This document shows, in pieces, positions 27,034-37,674 of a DNA stretch of 54,794 bases (the stretch's first letter is position 1; the number at the start of each line of letters is the position of its first letter). The DNA is from an uncultured bacterium (lineage in GTDB: Bacteria; Ratteibacteria; UBA8468; B48-G9; JAFGKM01): positions 1 to 54,794 of the forward strand of contig CAYOYL010000057.1 of assembly GCA_964408175.1 (NCBI GenBank), given 5' to 3'. A program made the translations under genes and the position numbers. The notes under the pieces are model-generated. The model ran no database searches, was not told where the DNA came from, and was given only the letters and a program-made list of their open reading frames with translations.

Positions 27034-28239
27034 ATGCTGATAGTACAGAAATACGGGGGAAGTTCTCTTGCCACAACGGAGAAGATAAAGGCCGTTGCGG
27101 AAAAAGTCGTTGAGACAAAAAGAGAGGGAAATAAGGTTATTGTTGTTGTCTCCGCAATGGGCAAGACCACGGACAACCTTATCAGTATGGCAAAAGACAT
27201 CACTCCTGCTCCCCCTGAAAGAGAGATGGACATTCTCCTCTCAACAGGAGAGATGGTCTCTGTTGCCCTGCTGTGTATGGCTATAGAAGATTATGGAGAA
27301 TCCGCTGAAGGCCTGCCCGGATATTTTGCGGGTATCAAAACCGACAGTTTCCACACCAAAGCACGGATACAGATGATTGAGCCGCTCAGGGTCATGGAAG
27401 AACTGGGAAAAAACAATATCGTTGTTATAGCGGGCTTTCAGGGTTTAAGTCCCGAAAGCGCCATAACAACCCTCGGTAGAGGAGGCTCTGACCTTACGGC
27501 AATAGCTCTTGCCGCGGCGGTCAGGGCAGACAGGTGTGACATATACACCGACGTTGACGGAGTCTTCACCGCCGACCCCAACCTGGTTCCTGAGGCAAAG
27601 ATGATACCTGAGATATCCTACGATGAGATGCTTGAGATGGCATCCACCGGTGCCAAGGTGATGTTGTCAAGAGCTGTAGAGTTTGCTAAAAGATATAATG
27701 TCCCGTTTTCCGTGAAATCAACGTTTGGGAAAGGAGAAGGAACGATGGTAAAGAAACTCTCATTGAAGGAAGGCACTGATGTTTCAGCAGTATCTCTCGA
27801 TGAAAAACAGGCAAAGATAACCATATTCAGGGTACCTGACAAACCCGGGGTCTCTTCAAAAATATTTACTGCACTCGGAAAGGAAAATATAAACGTGGAC
27901 GTTATAGTTCAGAACGTCAGTAAAGAAAATTTTGCTGACGTTTCATTCACCATAAACATTTCTGACGTGGAAAAAACTCTGAAGATTACCGAATCCATCG
28001 GGAAAGAGATTATGGCGGAGAGTGTTATCTGCGACAGGGAAATAGCGAAAATTTCCATCATAGGCATAGGGATGATGAACCACCCAGGCGTTGCAGGAAG
28101 GATGTTCCAGGCACTGGCAAAGGAAGGAATCAACATTGAGATGATAAGCACCTCTGAAATAAAGATATCCTGTGTCATTAAAAGAGTGGATGGGCAGAAG
28201 GCGCTTAAATCAGTTCACAAAGAATTTATAGAATCTTAA
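27034..28239 (+). CDS. lysC: Aspartate kinase
   Basis: VQKYGGSSLA, the GRGGSD motif, and two C-terminal ACT-like repeats. 401 aa. Confidence 0.93.
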   Translation: MLIVQKYGGSSLATTEKIKAVAEKVVETKREGNKVIVVVSAMGKTTDNLISMAKDITPAPPEREMDILLSTGEMVSVALLCMAIEDYGESAEGLPGYFAGIKTDSFHTKARIQMIEPLRVMEELGKNNIVVIAGFQGLSPESAITTLGRGGSDLTAIALAAAVRADRCDIYTDVDGVFTADPNLVPEAKMIPEISYDEMLEMASTGAKVMLSRAVEFAKRYNVPFSVKSTFGKGEGTMVKKLSLKEGTDVSAVSLDEKQAKITIFRVPDKPGVSSKIFTALGKENINVDVIVQNVSKENFADVSFTINISDVEKTLKITESIGKEIMAESVICDREIAKISIIGIGMMNHPGVAGRMFQALAKEGINIEMISTSEIKISCVIKRVDGQKALKSVHKEFIES

Positions 28240-29869
28240 TCTTCTTCCAGGGTTTATTGCTGTCCTGAGTTAATCCTCCAAGGTAGGCGTTCATATCAAT
28301 CCCCTCTTCCCTGAAGCTTTCTTCCCATAAAGAAAATCTGAAAAACTCACTCCAGTTTTCCATCTTACCACCCTTCTCCCACGTCCTGTATATCACATCT
28401 GCAAGTCTTTCGTCACCCCTGCCGAGGAACGCCTCCACGCAACTCATATCATATGGATGGAAAGTAAGTCTTATATGTCTGTTACTTCTGACATTTTCAA
28501 CCAGCAGACGCTTTTTGTGGAGGTACTCTTCTTCAGATATAAACCTTTTGTCTTCAAAGACGGTATGCGGCTTGGGAATAAATGTATTGAAGGAGACCTT
28601 TACATTTATGATTTCGGAAATCTCGTTTATAAGGGTGGCGATGTCAAAAATATCATTGTCTTCTTCACCCGGTAAGCCCAGAATAAAATATAGTTTTATC
28701 TGTCTCCAACCACTGTTGTGCGCCTGCAAAGTAAGTTCAACAAGTTCACTGTCCTTTATCTCCTTGCCGATAGAGAAACGCAGGTCTTCACTGGTTTCAG
28801 GGGCAAAGGTAAGACCTGTCTTCTTAATCGCCTTTATCTTTGTCGCGAGTTCAAAAGAAAAGGTGTCTATCCTCAACGACGGAAATGAGAGCATCACCTT
28901 CTTGGAAGCAAACCTGCTTAAAAGACCTTCAACTATCTGTTCAATCCTCGGATGGTCACCTGCCGAAAAAGAGAGCAGTGAGAATTCTTCATATCCGGTG
29001 TTCTTGTATGTCTGCAGTGCAATATCCACCAGTCTCTCTACACTCCTTGTCCTTACCGGCTTCCAGCAACTTCCTGCCTGACAGAAAAAGCATCCCTGTC
29101 CACAGCCCCTCATAACCTCCAGTTGCACCCTGTCATGTACCACCTCGGTCACAGGAACAAGCCACCTTACAGGGAAAAAAGCACTATCAAACTTTTTAAC
29201 GAACCTTTTTTTCACTGATTCGGCAGGAAAGAGAGGTACATATGTACCCGGTATGGAAGCAAGAGCGGAAAGTATCTCTTCCCTCTTTTTACCCTTCATC
29301 TCTGCCAGTACCTCAGTTAATTCAAGTATAACCTCTTCCCCCTCCCCTACTATAAAACAATCTATAAAAGGGACAAGTGGTGCAAAATTAAAGGCACAAT
29401 TTCCACCAGCAACAACCACAGGGTCATCGCCACCTCTTTTTGAGGAAAAGATGGGTATCCCCGAAAGATGAAGTACATTAAGAATGTTGGTATAGTTAAG
29501 TTCCGAAGAAAGACTGAAAGCCAGAACGTCAAAATTTTTAACCGGCTGCTTTGATTCAAGTGTAAAAAGCGGCAGGTTGTTTTCTCTGAGGAGTCTTTCC
29601 ATGTCATCAGCAGGAGAAAAGACCCTTTCACATACAACATTTTCCGCCTCATTCAAAACACCGTAAAGAATCCTGATGCCGAGTGAGGACATCCCGAGTT
29701 CATAAATATCCGGGTAACACAAAGCAATCCTGACATCCCCATCCTTCAAGGGCTTACGATAAACATTTATCTCATTTCCCGTATAACGGGAAGGTACCTG
29801 AACATGCGGCAAAAATTTCAGTATCTTGTCTTCCATGGACAGATTATCACAATCTCTGGTTTGGACCAT
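28226..29869 (-). CDS. Radical SAM protein (TIGR03960-like, B12-binding-like N-domain)
   Basis: CxxxCxxC cluster motif in MRGCGQGCFFCQAG. 547 aa. Lies immediately downstream of rodA. An alternative start at 29836 is possible. Confidence 0.8.
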   Translation of the reverse strand: MVQTRDCDNLSMEDKILKFLPHVQVPSRYTGNEINVYRKPLKDGDVRIALCYPDIYELGMSSLGIRILYGVLNEAENVVCERVFSPADDMERLLRENNLPLFTLESKQPVKNFDVLAFSLSSELNYTNILNVLHLSGIPIFSSKRGGDDPVVVAGGNCAFNFAPLVPFIDCFIVGEGEEVILELTEVLAEMKGKKREEILSALASIPGTYVPLFPAESVKKRFVKKFDSAFFPVRWLVPVTEVVHDRVQLEVMRGCGQGCFFCQAGSCWKPVRTRSVERLVDIALQTYKNTGYEEFSLLSFSAGDHPRIEQIVEGLLSRFASKKVMLSFPSLRIDTFSFELATKIKAIKKTGLTFAPETSEDLRFSIGKEIKDSELVELTLQAHNSGWRQIKLYFILGLPGEEDNDIFDIATLINEISEIINVKVSFNTFIPKPHTVFEDKRFISEEEYLHKKRLLVENVRSNRHIRLTFHPYDMSCVEAFLGRGDERLADVIYRTWEKGGKMENWSEFFRFSLWEESFREEGIDMNAYLGGLTQDSNKPWKKIKIL

Positions 29870-29874
29870 TGTTT

Positions 29875-30957
29875 TCAGAACATCAGAGAATTTTCTTTTA
29901 TATTTACCAGCAGGGCAACGGAAAGAATAGAAACTATGAGAGAAGAACCTCCATAACTTATGAATGGAAGAGGGATACCAACCACAGGGAAAAGTCCCAT
30001 AGTCATACTCATATTTACCACAACCTGCGCAATAAAAATAGACAGTATGCCGGTTCCCATAAGCTGGGCGAATCTATCACGGGTGGAGGAGATAATTTCC
30101 GCGGCAATCCTGAAAAAAACAAAGTATAGGAAGATAATCAGCAATACCCCGAAGAATCCGAATTCCTCTGCAAGGACACAAAAAATAAAGTCTGTATGAT
30201 ATTCAGGTAAAAAAGCAAGCTTTGTTTGCGTCCCCCTTAAAAATCCCCTGCCCCAGAATCCCCCTGAACCTATCGTTATTATAGATTGTATAAGGTTGTA
30301 TCCTTTACCGAGCGGGTCCCTCATGGGGTTTATAAAGGTAAGTATCCTTTCCTGCTGGTACGCCTTCATTGTAAACCATAGGACAGGACTTGAAATAATG
30401 CCTGTTACCAAAAGAGATATTATCTGTTTTCTGGTACCGCCTGCCTGATAAAATATCGCAAAGAATATAACAATGAATATAAATGCGGTTCCAAGGTCGG
30501 GCTGCCTGAGAACAAAGATAAAGGGAAGTCCTACGAGAATCAGACCAAAGAGAAGCACAGGGAGACGTCTAACATCTTTTTCGGCAAAGTATGCAGAAAG
30601 CGTTATGACGGTTATGAGTTTAGCAAACTCAGAGGGTTGGAAATTAAACCAGCCCAGTCTTATCCACCTTGAAACACCACTACCCCTACCCATAAGTAGA
30701 ACAGTAAATAACAAAAATACTATGATTATGTAAAGTAGCGGAGTTGCTTTTTGAAAATTCCGGTAATCCAACCTCCTTATGAATATTGCAGTAAATGTGC
30801 TTAAAATCAACCATAAAAACTGTTTGAGAAAAAGCACCTCTTTAACAAATACACCCCTTGACGCAGTGAAAAGTAAAAGGAGGCCCACACATATCAGTAT
30901 GTAAGCCCAGACAAAAAGGTCTTCCCCCTTAATTAATTTCCTCATATATTTCAACAT
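29875..30957 (-). CDS. rodA: Rod shape-determining protein RodA (SEDS family)
   Basis: Polytopic membrane protein with the typical FtsW/RodA C-terminus (LPFISYGGSS), positioned after mrdA. Confidence 0.9.
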   Translation of the reverse strand: MLKYMRKLIKGEDLFVWAYILICVGLLLLFTASRGVFVKEVLFLKQFLWLILSTFTAIFIRRLDYRNFQKATPLLYIIIVFLLFTVLLMGRGSGVSRWIRLGWFNFQPSEFAKLITVITLSAYFAEKDVRRLPVLLFGLILVGLPFIFVLRQPDLGTAFIFIVIFFAIFYQAGGTRKQIISLLVTGIISSPVLWFTMKAYQQERILTFINPMRDPLGKGYNLIQSIITIGSGGFWGRGFLRGTQTKLAFLPEYHTDFIFCVLAEEFGFFGVLLIIFLYFVFFRIAAEIISSTRDRFAQLMGTGILSIFIAQVVVNMSMTMGLFPVVGIPLPFISYGGSSLIVSILSVALLVNIKENSLMF

Positions 30958-32704
30958 CTTCTACCTCTCGTCCATTCTCTTCCTCTATAATATCCAATAT
31001 CTCATCCAACTCCTCTACAGCCTCTTTTTCAGGCACAAGCACCCTCTTTAGAATTCTGCCTGCAATAAAAGCAGCCTCCGAACTGGAAGCGTTATCCAGA
31101 AAAACAACCAGAGATATCTGGGGATTATCTACTGGTGCGTAACAGACAAAAAGTCCATGGGTCCCCAGTTCCATATCCCTGTGAGCCCTCTGAACCGTAC
31201 CTGTCTTACCTGCAACCTCTACGTTAGGGACCCTTGCCCGGCCACCTGTCCCGAACAAAACCACATTATTCAATCCCCTTTTCAGTATATCAATACTTTC
31301 AGAACTGACGTATACCGTCTTCTTGACAACAGGAGAGAACTCCTTGATTTTCTTACCGTCCGGTGAAACTATTTCTTTTACTATGTAAGGTTTCCATATG
31401 TTACCGCCATTGGCCACCGTAGATATCAGAGATAAAAGTTGAATCGGCGTTGTAAGTATGGGACCCTGCCCTATTGACAGGTTTAGAGCATCTATTTCGC
31501 GTCTTGACGGCAGGTGGCCATCTTTTTCCCCTGGCAGGTCAATACCTGTGGCATGACCAAGGTCAAAAAGAGCAGCAAACTCAAGCATCTTTGACACCCC
31601 GACTTTCAAACCCACTGTCCCAAAAAAGATATTGCAGGAATAAGGCAGGGCAAGGTTTATATCAACCCAGCCGTGGCCTTCTTCTTCCCAGCAGTGAAAT
31701 ACTCTCTCCGCAGCCTCAATGTAACCTGTACATTCAACACGGTCATATTCTTCTATTGCTCCTGTCTCGAGAGCTGCAAGTTCAGTAATAATCTTAAAGA
31801 CTGAGCCTGGAGAATAGGTACCCTTTATTACCCTGTTAAGAAATGGGTGCCCTTCCTTTTTCCCCAGATAACCCTGCAGGTCTGCAGGGTCAAAACCGGG
31901 TCTACTGACAAGTGCAAGTATCTGACCATTCCTCGGGTCCATCGCTACAACACATCCTCTCATGGGCTCAAGTTCATCATAGGCTATTTCCTGAATAACA
32001 TGGTCAACAGTCAATATCAGGTCATTCCCGGGCAGGGACATCTTTCTATTCAAGACCTTTCTCTGATGCCCCAGGGCATCAACCTCAACCTGTAAGCCAC
32101 CTGCCTTACCCCTCAGATACTCGTCATAGACCCTCTCTATACCGTCCTGCCCCACAAAATCTCCTGATTTATAGCCTTTCTCTCTATACGACTGCAACTG
32201 CTGTTCTGTCACCTCTCCTGTATAACCTACAATATGACAGGTCTTCTCTCCGAGTTGATGTTCTCTTACCAAACCCTCCTGGATAAATACCCCAGGGAGT
32301 CTGAGTGCTTTCTCTTCTATGAGAGAAACCTCCTCTTTCGTAATCTTCTTTTTTAGGATTACCCTGTCAAAAGGATTGACATATCGCGCCTTGAATTTTT
32401 GCAGTATCTGCGTCTTGTTCATTGATATGATTTCAGTGAGAATCTCCGCCTCTTCTTCAGGATGCTCCAGGTCGTAAGGGACGAAAACAAGGTTTAGTGA
32501 TGGGGCATCCTTAACAAGCAGTCTCTTATTCCTGTCATAGATATTCCCTCTCGGAGTTCCTGTTTCTATAATCCTTATGCAATTTCTGTTGGCAAGTTCC
32601 CTGTAGTAAGAATACCTCACAACCTGAAGATAGAAGCACCTGAGTATGATTATGGCGAAAGCAATCCTGGTCAGATTGATAAGTATTGTTTTTTCTCTTT
32701 CCAT
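30929..32704 (-). CDS. mrdA: Penicillin-binding protein 2 (elongasome transpeptidase)
   Basis: SxxK (SPGSVFK), SxN (YSCN) and KTG (GKTGT) motifs, with an N-terminal membrane anchor. Confidence 0.9.
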   Translation of the reverse strand: MEREKTILINLTRIAFAIIILRCFYLQVVRYSYYRELANRNCIRIIETGTPRGNIYDRNKRLLVKDAPSLNLVFVPYDLEHPEEEAEILTEIISMNKTQILQKFKARYVNPFDRVILKKKITKEEVSLIEEKALRLPGVFIQEGLVREHQLGEKTCHIVGYTGEVTEQQLQSYREKGYKSGDFVGQDGIERVYDEYLRGKAGGLQVEVDALGHQRKVLNRKMSLPGNDLILTVDHVIQEIAYDELEPMRGCVVAMDPRNGQILALVSRPGFDPADLQGYLGKKEGHPFLNRVIKGTYSPGSVFKIITELAALETGAIEEYDRVECTGYIEAAERVFHCWEEEGHGWVDINLALPYSCNIFFGTVGLKVGVSKMLEFAALFDLGHATGIDLPGEKDGHLPSRREIDALNLSIGQGPILTTPIQLLSLISTVANGGNIWKPYIVKEIVSPDGKKIKEFSPVVKKTVYVSSESIDILKRGLNNVVLFGTGGRARVPNVEVAGKTGTVQRAHRDMELGTHGLFVCYAPVDNPQISLVVFLDNASSSEAAFIAGRILKRVLVPEKEAVEELDEILDIIEEENGREVEDVEIYEEIN

Positions 32705-33171
32705 CTCAATTTTCTCATCCCGACTTCAATAACAAAAAGTATTAAAGCATTATAAAAAGCGAAGAGAGCAGAATATTTTAAGAGAGCATACGTACTCCAC
32801 AGAAAACTTTTCTGGAATTCGAATAACAACATCAGGAAGTAACATATACTGAATAGAAAAACCCCTGCAAGCCTGCCCGCCAGACTCGCAGGTCTCAAAA
32901 AACAGTTGATATAGACAATGATAAGGAAGATAAGACTGGAAACACCCGTTGTTCCCCTCGAAATAGAATCGTAAACAATGCCTGTAAAGACAGACAGCAC
33001 AAGAGCAATTTCTTTATCCCCTTCCCACGTAAGAATAAGAAGCCACACAAGAAAAAACGACGGGACAATAGCCATCTTCAGATAGTTCATAACAAATACC
33101 TGAAGCCCTCCCATAATCAAAAATTGCTCACTCAACCTTATCGCCTTTTTATTCACCCGCCAGTACCTCAT
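32671..33171 (-). CDS. mreD: Rod shape-determining protein MreD
   Basis: Small polytopic membrane protein between mreC and mrdA. The start is uncertain; a later ATG (e.g. 33090) is possible. Confidence 0.7.
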   Translation of the reverse strand: MRYWRVNKKAIRLSEQFLIMGGLQVFVMNYLKMAIVPSFFLVWLLILTWEGDKEIALVLSVFTGIVYDSISRGTTGVSSLIFLIIVYINCFLRPASLAGRLAGVFLFSICYFLMLLFEFQKSFLWSTYALLKYSALFAFYNALILFVIEVGMRKLRWKEKKQYLSI

Positions 33172-33823
33172 AGAGACAAGAAAAACAACCGTAAGGTTTC
33201 ACGGCAATCTTAAGAAAAAGCGAATCCGGTATCTTTTCAATCTTTGTTATTTCACCCACCTCTATACCCCTGAGATAAAAATCACTGTAGCCTGAGGTTA
33301 AAACCCTATCTCCTCTTTTAATCTTACTATCCGACGGGATATATTTAAGGAAAACATAAGGAACACTCCCACCTTCTAATATCCCTATTTCTCCTGTGCT
33401 CTCGGCAACAACGCTAATCTTGGATTTCAGGTTAAAGATAGTCATCACAGTAGATGTGTCATCCCTCGTTGATAATATCCTACCTATCAAAAACAGGTCT
33501 TTGGAAAGAACTGCCATGCCTTCTCTTAACCCATCACGTTCACCCTTGTTTATAACAATCTCTGCAGGAAAGACGAAAGGTCTTATAGAGATAACTTCTA
33601 CCACGGTAAATTTTTTTAGATAATCTTTGTCCTTCTTTATGTCAAGGATTTCCCTGAGACGTACATTTTCTGCTATCAGTTCCTCATAGTTTATCTTCAA
33701 CTCTTCTGAATGCTTTTTCTTTTCAACAGACCTGATTTCTCTTACGTAACTTCTGTTTACCATAAGTAAGGAGAGAGCCAACCCCAAGAGGAATAGAACT
33801 TCCCTTCTAAAACGCCATAACAT
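33149..33823 (-). CDS. mreC: Rod shape-determining protein MreC
   Basis: N-terminal anchor, a coiled-coil segment, then a beta-barrel region (GDRVLTSG). Position after mreB. Confidence 0.8.
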   Translation of the reverse strand: MLWRFRREVLFLLGLALSLLMVNRSYVREIRSVEKKKHSEELKINYEELIAENVRLREILDIKKDKDYLKKFTVVEVISIRPFVFPAEIVINKGERDGLREGMAVLSKDLFLIGRILSTRDDTSTVMTIFNLKSKISVVAESTGEIGILEGGSVPYVFLKYIPSDSKIKRGDRVLTSGYSDFYLRGIEVGEITKIEKIPDSLFLKIAVKPYGCFSCLYEVLAGE

Positions 33824-33828
33824 TATTG

Positions 33829-34854
33829 TCAGTCCTGCGGGAACTGTTTAAAATAATCCACTTCTTCCAGCATCTTCCCTGTTCCCCTAACCACAGCGGT
33901 TAGTGGGTCATCAGGAAGGAACACCGGCAGTTTGGTTTCCTGCGATATGAGTTTATCAATCCCTTTCAGGAGCGCTCCTCCACCTGCAACGGCGACTCCT
34001 CCTTCAATAAGGTCACTGGACAATTCAGGAGGAGTCTCCTCAAGAATATCTCTTATTGAGTTGACTATCTGGGAAAGTGTATCTTTCAGTGCTTCTCTGA
34101 TTTCCTCAGAATTTACTTTGACCATTTTGGGAAGTCCCTCCACAAGACTTCTGCCATTCACATCCATCGTCAGTTCCTCCTCAAGGGGAAATGCCGAACC
34201 AATCTTAATCTTTATCTCCTCTGCAGTACGTTCTCCTATGAGAAGGTTATACTTCTTTTTCAGGTACTCAATAATTGCTTCATCCATTTCGTTACCAGCA
34301 ACCCTCAAACTTCTCGTAAGAACAATGCCTCCGAGAGAAATAATCGCCATTTCCGTTGTTCCACCACCTATGTCAAGGATAAAACTCCCTTGTGGCTCGG
34401 CCACCGGCAAACCAACTCCTATAGCCGCTGCCATAGGCTCTTCAACCAGGTGAACCACCCTTGCTCCGGCTTTTAGAGCAGTCTCTTTCACGGCTCTCCT
34501 TTCAACGCTGGTTATGCCGGAAGGAATAGCAATGACTATCCGTGGGGGCAGAATAAATCTATGCCTTGGGGTCTTGACCCTCATAATAAAATACCTCAGC
34601 ATAGATTCACAGGCCTCAAAATCAGCAATAACACCATCCTTCATCGGCTTCATCGCAACAATATTTGATGGTGTCTTCCCCAGCATCCTTTTTGCTTCGT
34701 TCCCGACAGCCACAACCTCTTTGGTAGTAAGATTTATCGTAACTATGGACGGCTCCATCAGGATAACTCCCTTTCCGTTGACAAATACACAGGTATTAGC
34801 CGTCCCCAGGTCAATACCCATGTCATTGGAAAAGAAACGCAAAAGTTTAACCAT
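33829..34854 (-). CDS. mreB: Rod shape-determining protein MreB
   Basis: FSNDMGIDLGTANT, the DIGGGTTE phosphate-2 motif, 341 aa. GGGAGAAG RBS. The start overlaps the upstream stop by 8 nt. Confidence 0.95.
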   Translation of the reverse strand: MVKLLRFFSNDMGIDLGTANTCVFVNGKGVILMEPSIVTINLTTKEVVAVGNEAKRMLGKTPSNIVAMKPMKDGVIADFEACESMLRYFIMRVKTPRHRFILPPRIVIAIPSGITSVERRAVKETALKAGARVVHLVEEPMAAAIGVGLPVAEPQGSFILDIGGGTTEMAIISLGGIVLTRSLRVAGNEMDEAIIEYLKKKYNLLIGERTAEEIKIKIGSAFPLEEELTMDVNGRSLVEGLPKMVKVNSEEIREALKDTLSQIVNSIRDILEETPPELSSDLIEGGVAVAGGGALLKGIDKLISQETKLPVFLPDDPLTAVVRGTGKMLEEVDYFKQFPQD

Positions 34855-36265
34855 GTTCTTCTCCCTTTTCTGCTTTAGTTCCTTTCTCCTCCAGAAGTTT
34901 TACAAAAATGTTTACTATCCCACTGTCAAATTGTATACCTGCCCATCTTTTCAGTTCGGAGACGGCCTCCTCCTTCATCATCCTTTTTCTGTATGGTCTC
35001 TCGGAAGTCATCGCACTATAGGCATCAGCAACAGCCAGGATTTTTGCAAAAATGGGTATATCTTCTCCTTTCAACCCTTTCGGATAGCCTTTCCCGTCAA
35101 TCCTTTCATGATGATATAAACAGGCATCTATCTCTCCCTCCCTCAGTCCCAGCGGCTCCAGTATTCTAACGGTCATCTCCGGATGTTGTTTGATAATACT
35201 CATCTCTTCTTCATTGAGAGGTCCGGGTTTTAAAAGTACCACATCCCTGATGCCTACCTTCCCAAGGTCGTGGAGATAAGACGCATTTCTTAAAATTTCA
35301 ATATCTCTGCCCGAAAACCCAAGTTGCTTACCAATAACAACTGAGTAGTAAGCAACCTGTTCGGAATGGCCCTTGGTATATGTATCCCTGGTCTCGAGGG
35401 AGTTAACAAGGGACCGTATGGAATTAAGATAAGAGTTTTTCACAACCTCAAAAAGAGTTGCATTCTCTACACCTATACCTACCTGTGTAGCAAATACCTC
35501 CAAAAATTTAATCTCCTCTTCTTTTATTTTCTTGTTTTCAGGAAATATTATACTGATAAATCCTATCTCCTTTTCTTTGCCGAAAAGGGGTATTATAACA
35601 GTCTCTGTCTCTGTTCCCGTGATGCGAGACTTCCTGTTAGCAAAAATATCCTGCATTTCCCCATGCTCATAACTGACAGGTAATTTTTTTCCCCTACCAT
35701 CTCTGGGAAAGCGCTTACGCAAAATAAAATTTCCATCTTCTTTAAAATAGACAGCCGCGCTTTCCGGCTGGAATATGTTATGAATTATGGCAACGACCTT
35801 CTCAATCAGTGAATCAAGGTTTGTTAGAGAAACAATTATCCTGTTCAGTTCCAGTATCGCTTCTACCATCTTTAACTTTGAAATCTCACCCGAAGGTTTA
35901 CCAACTTCCAGATTATTCTTTACAGTCTGAAGGAAATTCTGGATGTCGAATGGTTTAACAATAAAATCTGAAGCCCCGGATTTCAGGGCTTTCACGGCGT
36001 TTTCAACGGTGCCAAAACCTGTCATTACAACAACAGGTATATCTTTATCCTTTTCCCTCACTGCCGAGATAAAATCAAAACCATTAATCAAAGGCATCTG
36101 TATATCAAGAAGGATGAGGTCAAAGGTATCATTTCCCAGTTTATCTATACCCTCCCTGCCATCTGATGCTAAAGATACGTCATAACCTTCTCTTTCAAGA
36201 ATACGACTGACCAAATCTCTAATACCTACTTCGTCATCAACCACCAGAATTTTTTTTCTATTCAT
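34847..36265 (-). CDS. Response regulator with REC-GAF-HD-GYP architecture (putative c-di-GMP phosphodiesterase)
   Basis: REC (KILVVDDE, LILLDIQMP, VKPF), a central GAF-like region, then HDLGK and HHERIDGKGYPKGL. Confidence 0.85.
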   Translation of the reverse strand: MNRKKILVVDDEVGIRDLVSRILEREGYDVSLASDGREGIDKLGNDTFDLILLDIQMPLINGFDFISAVREKDKDIPVVVMTGFGTVENAVKALKSGASDFIVKPFDIQNFLQTVKNNLEVGKPSGEISKLKMVEAILELNRIIVSLTNLDSLIEKVVAIIHNIFQPESAAVYFKEDGNFILRKRFPRDGRGKKLPVSYEHGEMQDIFANRKSRITGTETETVIIPLFGKEKEIGFISIIFPENKKIKEEEIKFLEVFATQVGIGVENATLFEVVKNSYLNSIRSLVNSLETRDTYTKGHSEQVAYYSVVIGKQLGFSGRDIEILRNASYLHDLGKVGIRDVVLLKPGPLNEEEMSIIKQHPEMTVRILEPLGLREGEIDACLYHHERIDGKGYPKGLKGEDIPIFAKILAVADAYSAMTSERPYRKRMMKEEAVSELKRWAGIQFDSGIVNIFVKLLEEKGTKAEKGEEHG

Positions 36266-36327
36266 TTTTAATATTTGTTGTACCGATAAGACAGGTGAAC
36301 AACGCTACATAACAAAGTGCAGTATTA

Positions 36328-37674
36328 TCAAACAAGTTTATATTTCTGCATCTTATACCTTAAAATTCTCCTTGTAGTTTTAAGATGTTCCGCTGTTTTT
36401 GTCTGGTTCCCGCGATAACTTTCAATTACCTCTTTTATGAGCCGTTTTTCAAAACTTTCGACCGCCTCCTTGAGAGAGTAAACGTCCTGCCTGTGTGAAG
36501 TTTTCAATTCAACAGGCAGGTCATCCACATCTATTATAACCTTATTTCCCCTAAGAACCAAAATCCTCTCAATGATATTTTTAAGTTCTCTGACATTACC
36601 AGGCCAGTCATAATTGTATAGAACATCCAGAGCACTGTGTGAAAATTCTCTGGTCTTACAGAGAAATTGTTTGCTGAGAATATCAAGGTAGAAATCCACC
36701 AATAAACCTATATCTTCTCTTCTTTCCTGCAAAGGGGGGATATAAATGGGTATAACCCCCAGTCTATAAAACAGGTCATCCCTGAACCTTTTTTCTTTTA
36801 CCATATCTGGCAGAGACACAGAAGATGCAGAGATTATCCTTGCATCACTTTTAATTGTATTATTACCACCCAGCCTTGAAAACTCCTTCTCCTGTAAAAA
36901 CCTGAGCAGTTTAACCTGAACAGGCATGGGTATCTCACTAACTTCGTCAAAGAATATCGTACCCGAACCAGCGGTTTCAATCTTCCCTTTTTTACTCTTA
37001 AAAGCATTGGTAAATGCCCCTCTTTCATAACCAAATACTTCGCTTTCAAAAAGTCCTTCAGGGATTGCAGCGCAATGTACTGGAACAAAAGGGTCCCCTG
37101 CTCTCTTACCGTTTTCATGCATAAAACGGGCTACAAGTTCCTTCCCCACCCCAGTAGGTCCTGTCAGAAGAACGTTTGAATCCGTTGCCGCAACCTTCTT
37201 TCCCTCTTTCAGAACCCTTGCCATAACATCACTTTTATATACAATCCTGTCCACGGGATACTCACGGATAACCTCCTCCTTTAAGAAAGAAACCTGCCTT
37301 GACAGTTTGCCCGTCTTCAGAACATTTTCAATGAGCAGTTTCATCTCTTCCGCGTCAAAAGGCTTGGAAATATATTCACAGGCCCCTGCCTTCATAGCTT
37401 CAACCGCTGTTTTAATATGTGAAACAGCGGTTAACATTATGACAGGAACTTCGTCATCATTGTTTTTTATCGTTTTTAAAACCTCAATCCCGCCTATATC
37501 CGGCAGTATAATATCAAGAATAACAAGGTCTATGTTATTATCCTTGAACAGTTCAATAGCCTGATAACCGTTTTCAGCAAGAATAATCTTGTATTTCTCT
37601 TTCAGCAGAAATCTCAGAGATTCCCTGACTCCAGATTCATCATCAACAACAAGTATTTTATCCATTCTTTTCAC
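36328..37674 (-). CDS. Sigma-54-dependent response regulator (NtrC family: REC-AAA+-Fis HTH)
   Basis: REC (ILVVDDE, LVILDIILPD), Walker A GPTGVGKE, a GAFTGA-type loop (ERGAFTNA), and C-terminal HTH NQTKTAEHLKTTRRILRYK. Confidence 0.9.
   Translation of the reverse strand: MKRMDKILVVDDESGVRESLRFLLKEKYKIILAENGYQAIELFKDNNIDLVILDIILPDIGGIEVLKTIKNNDDEVPVIMLTAVSHIKTAVEAMKAGACEYISKPFDAEEMKLLIENVLKTGKLSRQVSFLKEEVIREYPVDRIVYKSDVMARVLKEGKKVAATDSNVLLTGPTGVGKELVARFMHENGKRAGDPFVPVHCAAIPEGLFESEVFGYERGAFTNAFKSKKGKIETAGSGTIFFDEVSEIPMPVQVKLLRFLQEKEFSRLGGNNTIKSDARIISASSVSLPDMVKEKRFRDDLFYRLGVIPIYIPPLQERREDIGLLVDFYLDILSKQFLCKTREFSHSALDVLYNYDWPGNVRELKNIIERILVLRGNKVIIDVDDLPVELKTSHRQDVYSLKEAVESFEKRLIKEVIESYRGNQTKTAEHLKTTRRILRYKMQKYKLV

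Noticed and set aside
26877-27113. 78 aa ORF spanning the 22 bp inverted repeat loop, the lysC promoter and the lysC start.
   Set aside because: It crosses a predicted promoter and overlaps lysC out of frame, and it has no RBS or motif.
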